From Squalus acanthias (taxonomy: Eukaryota), in NCBI GenBank assembly GCA_030390025.1, contig CM059432.1, forward strand, positions 76,014,001 through 76,078,000: DNA of 64,000 bases. Reading direction: 5' to 3'. Below, one piece after another: positions 38,412-50,168 of this stretch. Numbering within the stretch: the first letter of the stretch is position 1; each line of letters starts with the position of its first letter. The position numbers and the translations under genes were made by a program. Below the pieces are notes generated by a model. The model was not told the origin of the DNA. It saw nothing but the letters and a program-made list of their open reading frames with translations, and ran no database searches.

Positions 38412-39233
38412 GGGCTGGATTTTGCCAATGGGGAGCTTTTGGAGATGGGACTCCCACTTGTTGGATTTTAGTCCCGCCTCCATCGACTTCTGGCCAACCC
38501 ACGCTATTTTCCCTTGATTGACCATGTTAAGCCCGCCCAGCGGGCTTAGCAGGCCAATTAAGGGGAAGCCAGTTACAGAGCATGTCAGCGTATGACGTTT
38601 CATCTGTCAAAAATTTTTGACAGATGAATTGTCATCGTTTGACAGCTCTGTGAAGCTGTCAAACACTGACATTCTCTGTTGTTTGATGAGTCCTTGTATT
38701 CAAGGCTCATCAAACCTCTTTTGTGAGCAGAAATTAGATGGTTGTTGCATCGGAGAATGCAGCAGCCATCTGTCATCTCTGCCGGTGAGATGCGAGAGTC
38801 TCCGCATCCCCAACTGTTGAAGCCTGCAGGAAGAAACAAATGTAAGTAAACATTTTCTATCATTTTCCACTCACCTCACATACTTGCACCCATCACTTAC
38901 CTCCACAGCACACTTTTGCACCCCTCCGACCCCCGTAGACCCACTGCTTGCCTCGCTGACCCTGGCGGGGTTTCCCGACGTCGGGAAGCCAGTGCCTCTG
39001 GTGGAAAAATGGGGATAATCCTCTTAACTGCCTGTTAACTACCTGTTAACAGGCAGTTAAGTGGCTGTAATCCCCTTCCCGCCTCCAGGAGACGGGACCC
39101 GGCTACCCGCCTCCTGGGAAGATGGCACGGAGGAGGGTTGGGGGGCGGGATGGGCGCCCGCCCCCAGATTCTGCCATTTTTCCGGCAGTCCCGCCTCCAA
39201 ACCCGCCTCCCCAGGGCTGGCAAAATCCAGCCC
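38412..39233. mobile_element. Harbinger-type MITE (822 bp)
   Basis: Perfect 16-bp TIR GGGCTGGATTTTGCCA; CAT duplication. Confidence 0.9.
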
Positions 39234-39555
39234 CATGACTTCACCCAACAAACTTTTCAAAGTACTCTAAATGTTGCAACATTAGCTCCACCTTAACCAG
39301 GAAAGTTCAAAGTGGTTTGTTCAGTTACGCTTTTGCCTCAATTATGAGATGTCTCTCTACACCCAGTGGACGTGTTTATGCATTCCTCACATATAAATGC
39401 ATTGTATCTCACAACCATAACATTTCAAACAATTCAGTAAACTACTGATGTTCAGGGAATTATATTTTTTATGCTACTCATCTGTAGGTTCTGTACACCA
39501 GTGCCAAAATTAAAGAATCAAGGAGAGTGCATGACTTAGAAGATGCAGTACTCAC

Positions 39556-39709
39556 CAATTTTATATATCAAAACCCTGCTTCCACTGGAATCACGAGACC
39601 TCAATATCCCATGGTAACCAGCCTTTAGGAGACCCACGACTGATAGAGGCCTCAGATCTGCACTTATCTCAGGGCATTCAGCTCTCCATTTATGGTAATT
39701 TGACAGTAA
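39556..39709 (-). CDS. TTPA: TTPA coding exon 2 (154 nt; not in the ORF track)
   Basis: Acceptor tcttcacag, then [51 protein letters not shown], donor G|GTGAGT; peptide and 154-nt size match vertebrate TTPA exon 2 as I recall it. Confidence 0.95.
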
Positions 39710-40790
39710 CTGTGAAGAGAATGTGAAAAGTTCTTAATTGGGTAACTGATCAAATGGATAAGAATCCTCTCTTCCTTAATCAGGTAATGCCAAACATTTG
39801 TGTTTATTTTTAAAATCCCAGTTTTATCCTTTGCTCCACTGAAGGTGCTAATGCACAAGTGGCCACTCCTCAGGTACGAGCCTTGACAATATTTCCAAAT
39901 GTTCAAATGGGAGCTTCAAAAGAAAAGAAAGATAGGACCTCAGTTTAGTGTCTCATTTGATGGTTGAAATGCCCCAACAGTGCAGCATTCCCTCTTACCT
40001 GCACTGGAGTGTCAGCCTAGATTATGCAGTCACTTCTCGGTGTGACACTCGAACCCATAAACATCTGACCAAGACACAAAACTGCCAACAAGCTGATACA
40101 GGATCCCTCTATGGTTGCACAGCCTGCCAACACATTTTTTAAGCTCACGCATGAATAGTCACTTTGACTAAGTAGTGATGGGCTGTCAGCGGCAATGGAA
40201 CTGCATCACAGCATGAGCCGGTGCCTCGAGAAGGGGGAAGAAAAATTTGAGCAATGACATGACCACGAATACTACTACTAACTAGTCTAGTATGTTTAAA
40301 AATGTTGTACAAAACTGAATTCTTTATGGAACTGGAGTGATACTGGATTTGGTTCTGAATTATGAGGCCAGTCTCACTCCCACAATGAACACAGCATGCC
40401 ACCTGTACCTGTCAAGGCCAGGGAGACACTCAATTATTGGATGTAGATGCCTAGAAATTGCGACGCATAGCCACCATTTTTTAAGGCACTACGTAGCCTC
40501 TAAAGTCTACAAAATGGCAGGCAGGAAGCACGTGCGCAATTTCGACTGCCATACTGGGTAAGAACAAAGAGTAAAACAGCGGCAACAGGAGCAGTTTAAA
40601 AGGAGAACTGTGGCAGCCCAGCCCAGCAGTGAAACAAACCCAGAGAAAAATTACAAAATGACGTCATAGTCGGTAGCGAATCCGGAGGAAATTGAGCTAA
40701 GTATTTAATTTACTATATACACTTTTTTTTAACTTAACTATAAATAAATAGTTAAATAAATATTCAGAAGAGTTAATAACTAATATAAAA

Positions 40791-41474
40791 TGTGGAAATG
40801 GAAGCTAAGTAAGAAAACTGAAATAAAATGAAGGAGTCACCATGTGTAAGGGATAGTGGATAAATAATGCAGAGGTTCAGTAATGTTCTAAACAGAGGGC
40901 TCATAGGTAACCTCGTCAGACACGGGTGAGGTCACTACAGACGCCAGTTAACAAACAATGGGTCAATTGAAGAAAATGGATGAAGTAAGACGTAAACTAA
41001 TCAAGAAGATGGGACAGGTTGTAGAATAGGATAAACTAATCATCAGGGCACAGGAAAGAGGGAACAAATGTGTAACCAAAGAGATGGGACAGATTATAGT
41101 ATAGTATAAACCAGGAGGGAAAACCCCAGATAGAGAGCGAGAACCTAGCAGCGAGAACCTGGCAGCAAGAAACCTAGGAGCAACACTCGACAGCAGGGAC
41201 CTGGGGACAGAAACCCTACGTACAGGTTTGGACAGAGATTGATCACCTCGGACCAAAATCGGGTAATATCGATATAAGTTGTGAGTCTTATATTTTGGAA
41301 TTGTACTTTAAACTACGAACGGTGTTTGTTAAGCATTTATTAAAGATAAATCTTTGTACGCGAAATCTGTTGCCTGTGTGTTTGTTCAGACCAAACTTAC
41401 ATTTGAACCCTAAAAGGAAAAATTGCGAACCTATTTGTTCGATCTTTCGAACATCTAGCGAAATCGGAGCAACA
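40791..41474 (+). mobile_element. Probable solo LTR (684 bp)
   Basis: TGT...ACA ends, AAAA on both flanks, TATAAA ~41105, ATTAAA ~41339. Confidence 0.5.
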
Positions 41475-41776
41475 AAAACTTAGTGTAAGAAGAGCGGGCA
41501 GTGAATCTAACAAAAGGGAAAATCTGAATAAATTACGCCAGGGTGAGCACAGAGGAGCAGCTCTGAGTAAATCGGGTGAGTAAAAAGTAAGCTTTTTTTA
41601 ATCAAAAGTTGTCTACCTAATTTTAATTTAATTTTAACTAAATAATTTAATAAATAAAACAAGGTTATATAGGGTTGGCAGTGCAGCTAATCTGCCTCAA
41701 CTGCAGCATGTTGGAGTTTGTGGAGTGAATCCCGGACGACCACGTCTGTGGTAAGTGCCTGCATCTCGAGGAACTT

Positions 41777-42520
41777 AGGCGATTTAGACAAGTTGAGTGA
41801 GTGGACAAATACATGGCAGATGCAGTATAACGTGGATAAATGTGAAGTTATCCACTTCGGTAGGAAAAACAGAAAGGTAGAGTATTATTTAAATAGTGAT
41901 ATATTGGGAAATGTTGATGTACAAAGGTACCTGGGTGTCCTTGTACACGAGTCACTGAAGGCAAACATGCAGGTGCAGCAAGCAGTTCGGAAGGCAAATG
42001 GTATGTTGGCCTTCATTGCAAGAGGATTTGAGTACAGGAGCAAGGATGTCTTACTACAATTATACAGGGCCTTGGCGAGACCACACCTGGAGTACTGTGT
42101 GCAGTTTTGGTCTCCTTACCTAAGAAAGGATATACATTTCTGACAGGGCTAGACAGACTGGATGCAGGGAGGATGTTTCCCCTGGCTGGGGGGTCTAGAA
42201 TGAGGAGTCACAGCCTCAGGATACGGGGTAGGACATTTAGGACTGAGATGAGGAGAAATTTCTTCACTCAGAGGGTGGTGAACCTATGGAATTCTCCACC
42301 ACAGAAGGCTGTGGAAGCCAAGTCACTGAATATATTTAAGAAGGAGATAGATAGATTTCTATACACAAAAGACATCAAGGGGTATGGGGAGAGCGCGGGA
42401 ATATGGTATTGAGATAGAGGATCAGCCATGATCATATTGAATGGTGGAGCAGGCTCGAAGGGCCGAATGGCCTACTCCTGCTCCTATTTTTCTATGTTTC
42501 TATGTTCTATGTTTTTCTAT
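41777..42520 (+). mobile_element. CR1 3' fragment inserted into CR1 ORF1
   Basis: GAACTT duplicated at 41771-41776 and 42521-42526; TTCTATG tail. Confidence 0.85.
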
Positions 42521-43895
42521 GAACTTCAGCCAGAGTTGTTGAGCTGGAGTCCGAGGTGCAGACATCGGGAGGTGGAGAGTTACCTGGACACTTTGATCCA
42601 GCAGGTAGTCGCACCCCTTGGGTTAGGTAGTGGTAAAGCTTTGGTGTTTGGTTAGTGGTCAGGGACAGGAGCATATGACTGCAAGGTATAAGGGCCAGTT
42701 GGCTAAGGTAGGTTGGGAAACTAGATTAAAAGATATGATGGTAGATAAGCAATGGCAAACATTTAAAGAATTAATTCATAATTCACAATGGATCAACATT
42801 CCCTTAAGGAATAAAAACCCCATGGGAAAAGTGGTCCAACAGTGGCTAACAAGAGAAGTTAAAGATAGTATTATAGAATAGAATCATTACAGCACAGAAG
42901 GAGTCCATTCGGCCTGTCAAGCCCATGCCGGCTCTCTGCAAGAGCAATTCAGCTAGTCCCACTCCCCCGCCCATAGATTAAAGGAAGAGGCTTATAATGT
43001 TGCCAAAAAAAATAGTAAGCCTGAGGATTGGGAAGATTTTAGAATTCAGCAAAAGATGACCAAGAAATTGATAAAGAAAGAGAAAAGAGAATATGAGAAT
43101 AAACTAGCGAAAGTAAACATGAGTCCCTTAGAGGCAGAGACAGGAGAAATTATAATGGGGAATACAGAAATGGCAGAGACATTAAATGAATACTTTGTAT
43201 CTGGCTTCACAGTAGAAGACACAAAAAAAATTCCGGAAATAGCGGGGAACCAAAGGTCTAGCGAGAATGAGAAACTTAAATAAATCAGTAATAATAAAGA
43301 AATAGTACTGGAGAAATTAATGGAACTAAAAATCGACAAATCTCCTGGACCTGATGGCTTACATGCTAGGGTTTTAAAAGAGGTGGCTACAGAGATAGTA
43401 GATGCATTATTTTTGATCTTCCAGAATTCCCTAGATTCTAGAACGGTCCCCGTAGATTGGAAAGTAGCAAACGTAACCCCGCTATTGAAGAAAGGAGGGA
43501 GAAAGAAAACAGGGATCTATAGGCCAGTTAGCCTTTCATCAGTAGTAAGGAAAATGCTAGAATCTATTATTCGGGATGTCGTAGCAGGGTACTTACAAAA
43601 TCATAATATGATTGGGCAGAGTTAACACGGATTTACAAAAGGGAAATTGTGTTTGACAAACCTGTTTTTGAGGTTATAACTAGTAGAATAGATAAAGGGA
43701 AACCAGTGGATGTCGTGTATTTGGATTTTCAAAAAGAATTCGGTAATGTGCCACACAAGAGGCTATTACACAAAATTAGGACTCATGGGATTGGGAGTAA
43801 TATATTAGCATGGATTGAGGATTGATTAATGGATGGAAAACAGAGAGTAGGAATAAATGGGACATTTTCGGGTTGGCAGGCCCTAACTAATGGGG

Positions 43896-44640
43896 TCTTC
43901 TTCTTAGGCAGTCCCTCGGGACCGAGGATGACTTGCTTCCTCACTAAAAATGAGTTCTCAGGTGACTGATGAGTCCAATGTGGGACCTACAGTCTCTGTC
44001 ACAGGTGGGGCAGACAGTGGTTGAAGGGGCGGGTGGGTGGGGTGCTTGGGTTGGCGTGCGCTCCTTCCGTTGTTTGTGCTTGGCTTCCGCTTGCTCCCGG
44101 CGAAGAGACTCGAGGTGTTCAGTGCATTCCCGGATGCTTCTCCTCCACTTTGTGCGGTCTTGGGCCAGGGATTCCCAGGTGTCGGTGGGGATGTTGCACT
44201 TTTTCCAAGGAGGCTTTGAGGGTGTCCTTGAAGCGTTTTCTCTGCCCACCTGGGGCTCTCTTGCCGTGTCGGAGTTCCGAGTAGAGCGCTCGTTTTGGGA
44301 GTCTCGTATCAGGCATACAGACGATGTGGCCCGTCCATCGGAGCTGATCGAGCGTGGTCAAAGCTTCGATGCTGGGGATGTTGGCCTGAGCAAGAACACT
44401 GACGTTGGTGCGCCTATCCTGCCAATGGATTTGTAGGATCTTGCGGAGGCAGCGTTGGTGGTACCTCTCCAGTGTTTTGAGGTGCCTGCTGTACATGGTC
44501 CATGTCTCTGAAGCATACAGGAGTGCAGGTATCACTACTGCTCTGTAGACCATGAGCTCGGTGCTGGGTTTGAGGTCCTGGTCTTCAAACACTCTCTTCC
44601 TCAGGCGACCGATGGCTGCACTGGCACACTGAAGGCGGTG
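43896..44640 (-). mobile_element. RTE-clade LINE 3' fragment
   Basis: VYRAVVIPALLYASETW, QLRWTGH, RLPK..LYSEL, CPTC...H zinc finger, GAA tail. Confidence 0.88.
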
Positions 44641-45045
44641 GGGTACTCAGCTATTTACAATCTATATCAATGACTTAGATGAGGGGACCAAGTGTAATGT
44701 ATCCAAGTTTGTTGATGATACAAAGTTAGGTGGGAAAGTAAGCTGTGAGGAGGACACAAAGAGGCTGCACAGGGATATAGACAGGTTAAGTGAGTGGGCA
44801 AGAACATGGCAGATGGAATATAACATGAAAAAGTGTGAAGTTATCCTATTTGTTAGGAAAAATGGAAAAGCAGAATTTTTTTTAAATGTTGAGAGACTGG
44901 GAAATGTTGGTATTCAAAGGGACCTAGGTGTCCTTGTACACGAATCACAGAAAGTTAACAGGCAGGTACAGCAAGCAATTAGGAAAGCAAATGGTATATT
45001 AGCCTTTATTACAAAGGGATTGGAGTATAAGAGCAAAGAAAGATA

Positions 45046-45441
45046 AAAAGAAAGACTTGCATTTATATAGCGCTTTTCACGACCACCAGACGTTCCAAAG
45101 CGCTTTACAGCCAATGCAGTACTTTTGAAGTGTAGTCACTGTTGCATTGTAAGAAATGCGGCAGCCAATTTGCGCACAGCAACCTCCCACAAACAGCAAT
45201 ATGATAATGACCAGATAATCTGTTTTTATTGATGTTGATTGAGTGATAAATATTGGCCAGGACACTGGGGATAACGCCCCTGCTCTTCTTCAAAATAGTG
45301 CCGTAGGATCTTTTACACGCACCTGAGAGAGCAGATGGGGTCTCGGTTTAACGTCTCATCCAAAAGACGCCACCTCCAACAGTGCAGCACTCCCTCAGTA
45401 CTGCCCTGGAGTGTCAGCCTAGATTCTTGTGCTCAAGTCTC
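45046..45441 (-). mobile_element. DeuSINE copy
   Basis: Near copy of 35478-35853, inserted into CR1 ORF2. Confidence 0.78.
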
Positions 45442-46782
45442 TTACTACAATTATCTAGGGCCTTGTTGAGACCACACCTGGAGTACTGTGTACAGTTTTG
45501 CTCTCCTTACCTATACTTGCCTTAGAAGGAGTGTAATGAAGGTTCACTAGACTGATTCCTGGGATGAGGGGATTGTCCTATGACTAGGATTGAGATGAGG
45601 AGAAATTTCTTCACTCAAAGGGTTATGAATCTTTGGAATTCTCTACCCCAGAGAGCTGTGGATGCTGAGTAGTTGAGTATATTCAAGACAGAGCTCGATA
45701 GATTTTTGGATACTAAGGGAATCAAGGCATATGGGGATAGTGCAGGAAGGTGGGGTTGAGGTAGAAGATCAGCCATGATCTTATTGAATGGCGGAGCAGA
45801 CTTGAAGGGCCTACTCCTGCTCCCATTTCTTATGTTCTGAACAAACAAGAGGCGTCCTTTACCCACGACTGAAACAGGCGTTAGGTGCCTTATTTGCATA
45901 TGCAAAGAGCCTAACACCTGTTTGAGGTCCCCGCTGGACAATTGGTTTGTCCGGAGGCTGGCTGCACTCCAGGAAACCAACTTACAGATCAACTGCAGAA
46001 ACAAGGTAAGTTATTTAACTGTAACGCATCTTCCCTATTGCCGCCGCTCCCCCCCGTCCCCCTCCCCCCGCTGACCCCGCCACGGCCCCGAGATCCCTGA
46101 TCTCCAGGACCTGGCTAACCTCTTGTCTCCCCGCTGGCCCCAACCTCCAGGCTCCCTAGATTTATCAACTTGCCACAATCGCTCCCCGAGGCCTCCCAAG
46201 CCCCGCGATTCCCCACCCCCGAGCCCCACTATCCCCCCGGCCAACAATCACTTACCCGCATGGCCTCCTCCTGCCTCGCCATTGATATGGGAATGAGAAC
46301 CGAGGCCCAATATCCGGGCTCCTCGGACTCAACCATCCGTGCACAGGGTAATTCGGTCATGCTGTTTAATCACGGTGCCCTGTGTTAATATCACATCATG
46401 GACACATTCAATTATGAAATACTATGGGGTAGAAATTAGGTCGCGCCCCATTTGGGGCGCAAATATCGTCCGCGCGCAAATATTAGCGCCTGGCGCTAAT
46501 TATCGGCACTGACAGGAAACTTCACTTTTACCACCCCGGGAGGTGAGTGGAGCGCTAAATTAGGCGCTGCACACCTCTCTTAAGGCGCAAAGGCCTAGGA
46601 GTGAGGCGCTACCTCAGCGCACGAGCGCAGCGCAGCTGCTGCCAGTTAGCGAGGGAACACAGACACACTGGCGCCGGACACTTCTTAAAGCGGGGGGGGC
46701 CACTTGCTCCCCAGCCACACCCTGCTCATTGCAGCCTTGAATCTCAGCCTGGAGAGACCTGTAATCCATTTTGCTGCCAAGC

Positions 46783-47019
46783 ATGGAGAGGGTGAGAGAA
46801 CGCGCTCATCGCTTCACCGAGCGGGCCTTGGATGCTCTGGTTGACGTAGTGGAGCGCAGACGATGCATGCTGTTCCCGGAGAGTGGCAGGAGGCCTTTGC
46901 CACGCGAGTTCAGAAGAGTGTGGAGGGAGGTGGCTCAGAGCGTCTCCTCCAGGAGCATGGTGCCCAGGACCCATGTCCAGTGCCGCAAAAAGTTCAACGA
47001 CCTCACTCGGGTCGTCAGG
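46783..47019 (+). CDS. H3 Myb/SANT-like protein exon 1
   Basis: MERVRERAHRFTERALDALV...W.EVAQSV...RTHVQCRKKFNDL; donor AGG|GTGAGT, phase 0. Confidence 0.88.
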
Positions 47020-47160
47020 GTGAGTGGCTTTTTCTCAATACCTCTCCATCCCTCCATCTCAACCTCACTCTATGGCCAGAGGGTCTTAAAACCCCAATGC
47101 ACAACACTCATGCAACACCTATGGCCCTTTCATCAAACACACACACACATTCCACACTTT

Positions 47161-47384
47161 GCATACAGTAAGGGCTATTCACCTATGGGAGGCACATCAG
47201 GCAAGACCATGGCTGCATACAGTAAGGGCTATTCACCTATGGGAGGCACATCAGGCAAGACCATGGCTGCATACAGTAAGGGCTATTCACCTATGGGAGG
47301 CACATCAGGCAAGACCATGGCTGCATATTGTAAGGGCTATTCACCTATGGGAGGCACATCAGGCAAGACCATGGCTGTATATTG
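47161..47384. repeat. 54-bp minisatellite, about 4.1 copies, in intron 1 of the H3 Myb gene
   Basis: Unit GCATACAGTAAGGGCTATTCACCTATGGGAGGCACATCAGGCAAGACCATGGCT. Confidence 0.95.
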
Positions 47385-47411
47385 ACTCAGATGCTGTCCT
47401 TTTTCTTGCAG

Positions 47412-47574
47412 GCTAAGCTGGCTCATAATCGGAGACAGCAGCAACGGACGGGTGGAGGGCGGCTTCAGCTGCAACCCCTCAGCGATCTGGAGGAGCGCGT
47501 CCACAGGATTGTGGCAAGCCGGGTGATCGGTCCCGTCGCCACTGGAGACGCCGACCCCGTTCTGGACAGCAATG
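47412..47574 (+). CDS. H3 Myb/SANT-like protein exon 2
   Basis: Acceptor ttcttgcag; AKLAHNRRQQQRTGGG...LSDLEERV; donor G|GTAAGG, phase 1. Confidence 0.85.
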
Positions 47575-47733
47575 GTAAGGTCATCACCTTTTTGTCCTCT
47601 GTCCTTCCACTTGTCCCTCACAATACCAGCCTTTGACACTTTCAATCCAACTTGCTAACTCGCTGCACTTATTCCTCCCTTACTGCCACCCTGTCCTCAC
47701 GCTAAAGCCACTCTTGTACCTCCCTGCTTTCAG

Positions 47734-48713
47734 ATGGTGATTCACCAGCTGAGGAGATGGTCCCTGAAGCTGCCACTGGGAGTGATGCTGCAGCTGAGGA
47801 GGAAGAGGAAGCCGGAGCATCAGTGCCACCCTCTCCCGAGGAAGCCCATGGCCACACTGGGAACACGCCTTCCCCGGAGGGGAGCAGGGGGGAAGGGGCT
47901 GATGATGGTGAAGTTCCAGGACCCAGCGGGCTGCAGCCACGCCATGGGGGGGGGAGGGAAGAACGGGAGCCTTCTCCCCAGAGGGAGAGTATGCCAGACA
48001 CTCCTAATGCAATGGACGCAGAGGAGGAGCGGCTGATTGCAGAAATGAACAGCCAGGCGGTGGGCATGCACACTGAGCTCATGGGTGCAGTGGGAAGGGT
48101 GCCCGAATGCATTGAGGCATTGGCAAGGAGTGTGGAGCACTTCGCTGTAGCACAGGCGGATGCCACACTAAAGCTTAGTGCTGCAATTCAGTCACTGGCT
48201 GCCAGGAACCCATCTGAGACTGCTCTCATGCAGACTCAGATTGAGGCCACGCGAGCACTGACTGCTGCCATCCTCGATGGTTCGTGCACATGTCCCCGGG
48301 GCTGTCACCGCGCCGCAGCAGGCCAGCAATCTGTTCTCCGGCAAATTGCTCCGGATGCTGAAGTGCTGCCCCGTGGGAGTGCCAGTGTGTCGGGCGAGCA
48401 GGGAGTTGCTGTCCTCTCTCACGATGACAGCATTCCTGCTGCCAACACTGTCACTTCTCCACTGCACTTGCCACCGCCTGTAGGACAGACTGCTGCCGCC
48501 CATGCAGAGTTGGTGCAGTCTGCAGCCGGGCCCTCCAGGCCCAGAAGTGGTCGAGGCCGTCCTTCAGGGGCATCTGCAGTGTCAGGGTCTGACAAGCAGC
48601 AGCCTTCCACCAGCCTTGCTGCAGCCACTGAGGTCCCATTACGGAGGAGCAGTAGGGTTAGAAGGGGGGAAGTGCGCAAGGGAAGGAGATCACCCTCGAA
48701 GGGCAAAAAGTAG
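47734..48713 (+). CDS. H3 Myb/SANT-like protein exon 3 (spliced total 1380 nt, 459 aa)
   Basis: Acceptor ctttcag; in frame with ORF 47757-48713; acidic region, heptad-like region, basic tail. Confidence 0.83.
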
Positions 48714-49007
48714 GAGGTGTGCCAAAATGCTGGTCATTTTTTTATTAAAGGCCGAGGTTCATGGCCCAACTTTTGTTTAGTGTTTTGGACATTATCTCCA
48801 GGTTGTGAGAACCAGTTATGTTATTGACTGTTTTTTTGTGTTTATTTCTATGAGTTTGTCATGAGGAATTGACACACACAGAGTTTGTACAATAAATAAG
48901 TTTCTGTATTCAAAATATACATGGCTGGTGGTTGGAATTATTGGTGCCTTGGCCGGCTTAGGGGTTGCGTGCTGGGTTGATTCGTGTTTGTAGCACTGGC
49001 AGGGGCC

Positions 49008-50168
49008 CTAGAAGCGGCTTGCTATTAGTCGTTGACGGACGGCCCTTGCAGTTTGACCATTGTGGGCCGCCCTCCTGCCTTGGTGCTGCTGCTGATCATC
49101 GTCCTCGGCCTGTTCCTCCTCTTCCTCCTCCTCCTCTTGTGGTGCTGCAAGGCCTGGTGGCATTGGCTGCGTCCTGAGGATTGCCATGTTGTGCAACATG
49201 CAGCACACCACTACGAATTTGGAAACTTGCTCAGGCGAGTACTGCAGGGCTCCTCCGGAATGGTCCAGACAGCGGAATCGTTGTTTGAGCACGCCGATTG
49301 TGCGCTCAATAATGTTCCTGGTTGCTTGTTGGCTTTCCTGGTACCGCAGCTCAGCAGGGGTGTTTGGCGCACGGAGCGGTGTCATCAGCCAGGTGCTCAA
49401 TGCGTACCCCTTGTCCCCCAGAAGCCAACCAACTGGCTGATGCGGTGCCTTGAAAATTTCTGCCACAGTACTCTGGCGCAGGATGAAAGCATCGTGGCAG
49501 CTGCCCGGATAGTGGGCATTGACAGCGAGAATCACCTGTCTGTGGTCACAGACCAACTGCACATTCAAGGAATGGAACCCCTTTCTGTTCCGGAACTCCT
49601 CTGCATTCTCTCGCGGAGCACGCAAAGCCACATGCGTGCAGTCAATGGCGCCCTGCACCATGGGGAAGCCCGCTACCCTCGCAAAGCCCATAGCACGGTC
49701 ATGCTGCTTGTCTGGGGTCATAGGGAAGGAGATGAAGTCTCGTCTCCTTGTGAAGAGGGCATTGGTGACCTGCCGGATGCAGCGATGCACCGCAAACTGG
49801 GAGATATTGGCGAGGTCCCCAACAGCAGCTTGGAATGAGCCAGTGGCGTAGAAGTTCAAAGCCACTGTGACCTTCACTGCCACCGACAGAGACGTCCTGG
49901 ACCTCAGCTGAGGCTGCAGATCTGGCTGCAGCAGGTGGCAGAGCTCAGTGACCACCTCCTTGCTGAATCGCAGCCTTCGCAAACACAGCTCCTCGGACAT
50001 GTGGATGTAGGAGAGCTGTTCACGATATACCCTGGGAGGGTAAGCTCTCCTGTACATGCGCCTGATGGCCCTCCTCCGTCTGGCCATCATTGCCACTCTC
50101 TGTCTGCGTCTCACTCTCCTCCGATTGAGCTGGAGCAGGACGACGCCCCCAATCATTGCAGCCCCCAT
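49008..50168 (-). CDS. H3 Harbinger (HARBI1-like, DDE_Tnp_4) transposase, 386 aa
   Basis: Uninterrupted ORF; GAIDCTHV, LLGDKGY, RNIIERTIG catalytic motifs; YPGSCHDAFI; CCMLHN. Confidence 0.95.
   Translation of the reverse strand: MGAAMIGGVVLLQLNRRRVRRRQRVAMMARRRRAIRRMYRRAYPPRVYREQLSYIHMSEELCLRRLRFSKEVVTELCHLLQPDLQPQLRSRTSLSVAVKVTVALNFYATGSFQAAVGDLANISQFAVHRCIRQVTNALFTRRRDFISFPMTPDKQHDRAMGFARVAGFPMVQGAIDCTHVALRAPRENAEEFRNRKGFHSLNVQLVCDHRQVILAVNAHYPGSCHDAFILRQSTVAEIFKAPHQPVGWLLGDKGYALSTWLMTPLRAPNTPAELRYQESQQATRNIIERTIGVLKQRFRCLDHSGGALQYSPEQVSKFVVVCCMLHNMAILRTQPMPPGLAAPQEEEEEEEEQAEDDDQQQHQGRRAAHNGQTARAVRQRLIASRF

Larger units (their letters stand above)
40560..45838 (+). mobile_element. Old, internally deleted CR1 hosting several later insertions
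   Basis: ORF1 start (~41670), ORF2 pieces at 42685-43895, 44640-45045 and 45442-45838, TTCTTATG tail. Confidence 0.8.

Noticed and set aside
47161..47384. CRISPR-like array
   Set aside because: Head-to-tail units with no unique spacers, in a eukaryotic intron; it is a minisatellite
49032..49838. 268-aa plus-strand ORF and other long antisense ORFs
   Set aside because: Shadow frames of GC-rich transposase, Myb or LINE coding sequence, with no recognisable motifs
49008..50168. Domesticated host gene HARBI1
   Set aside because: Lies between TIRs with a target duplication and a partner Myb gene, and has decayed relatives nearby
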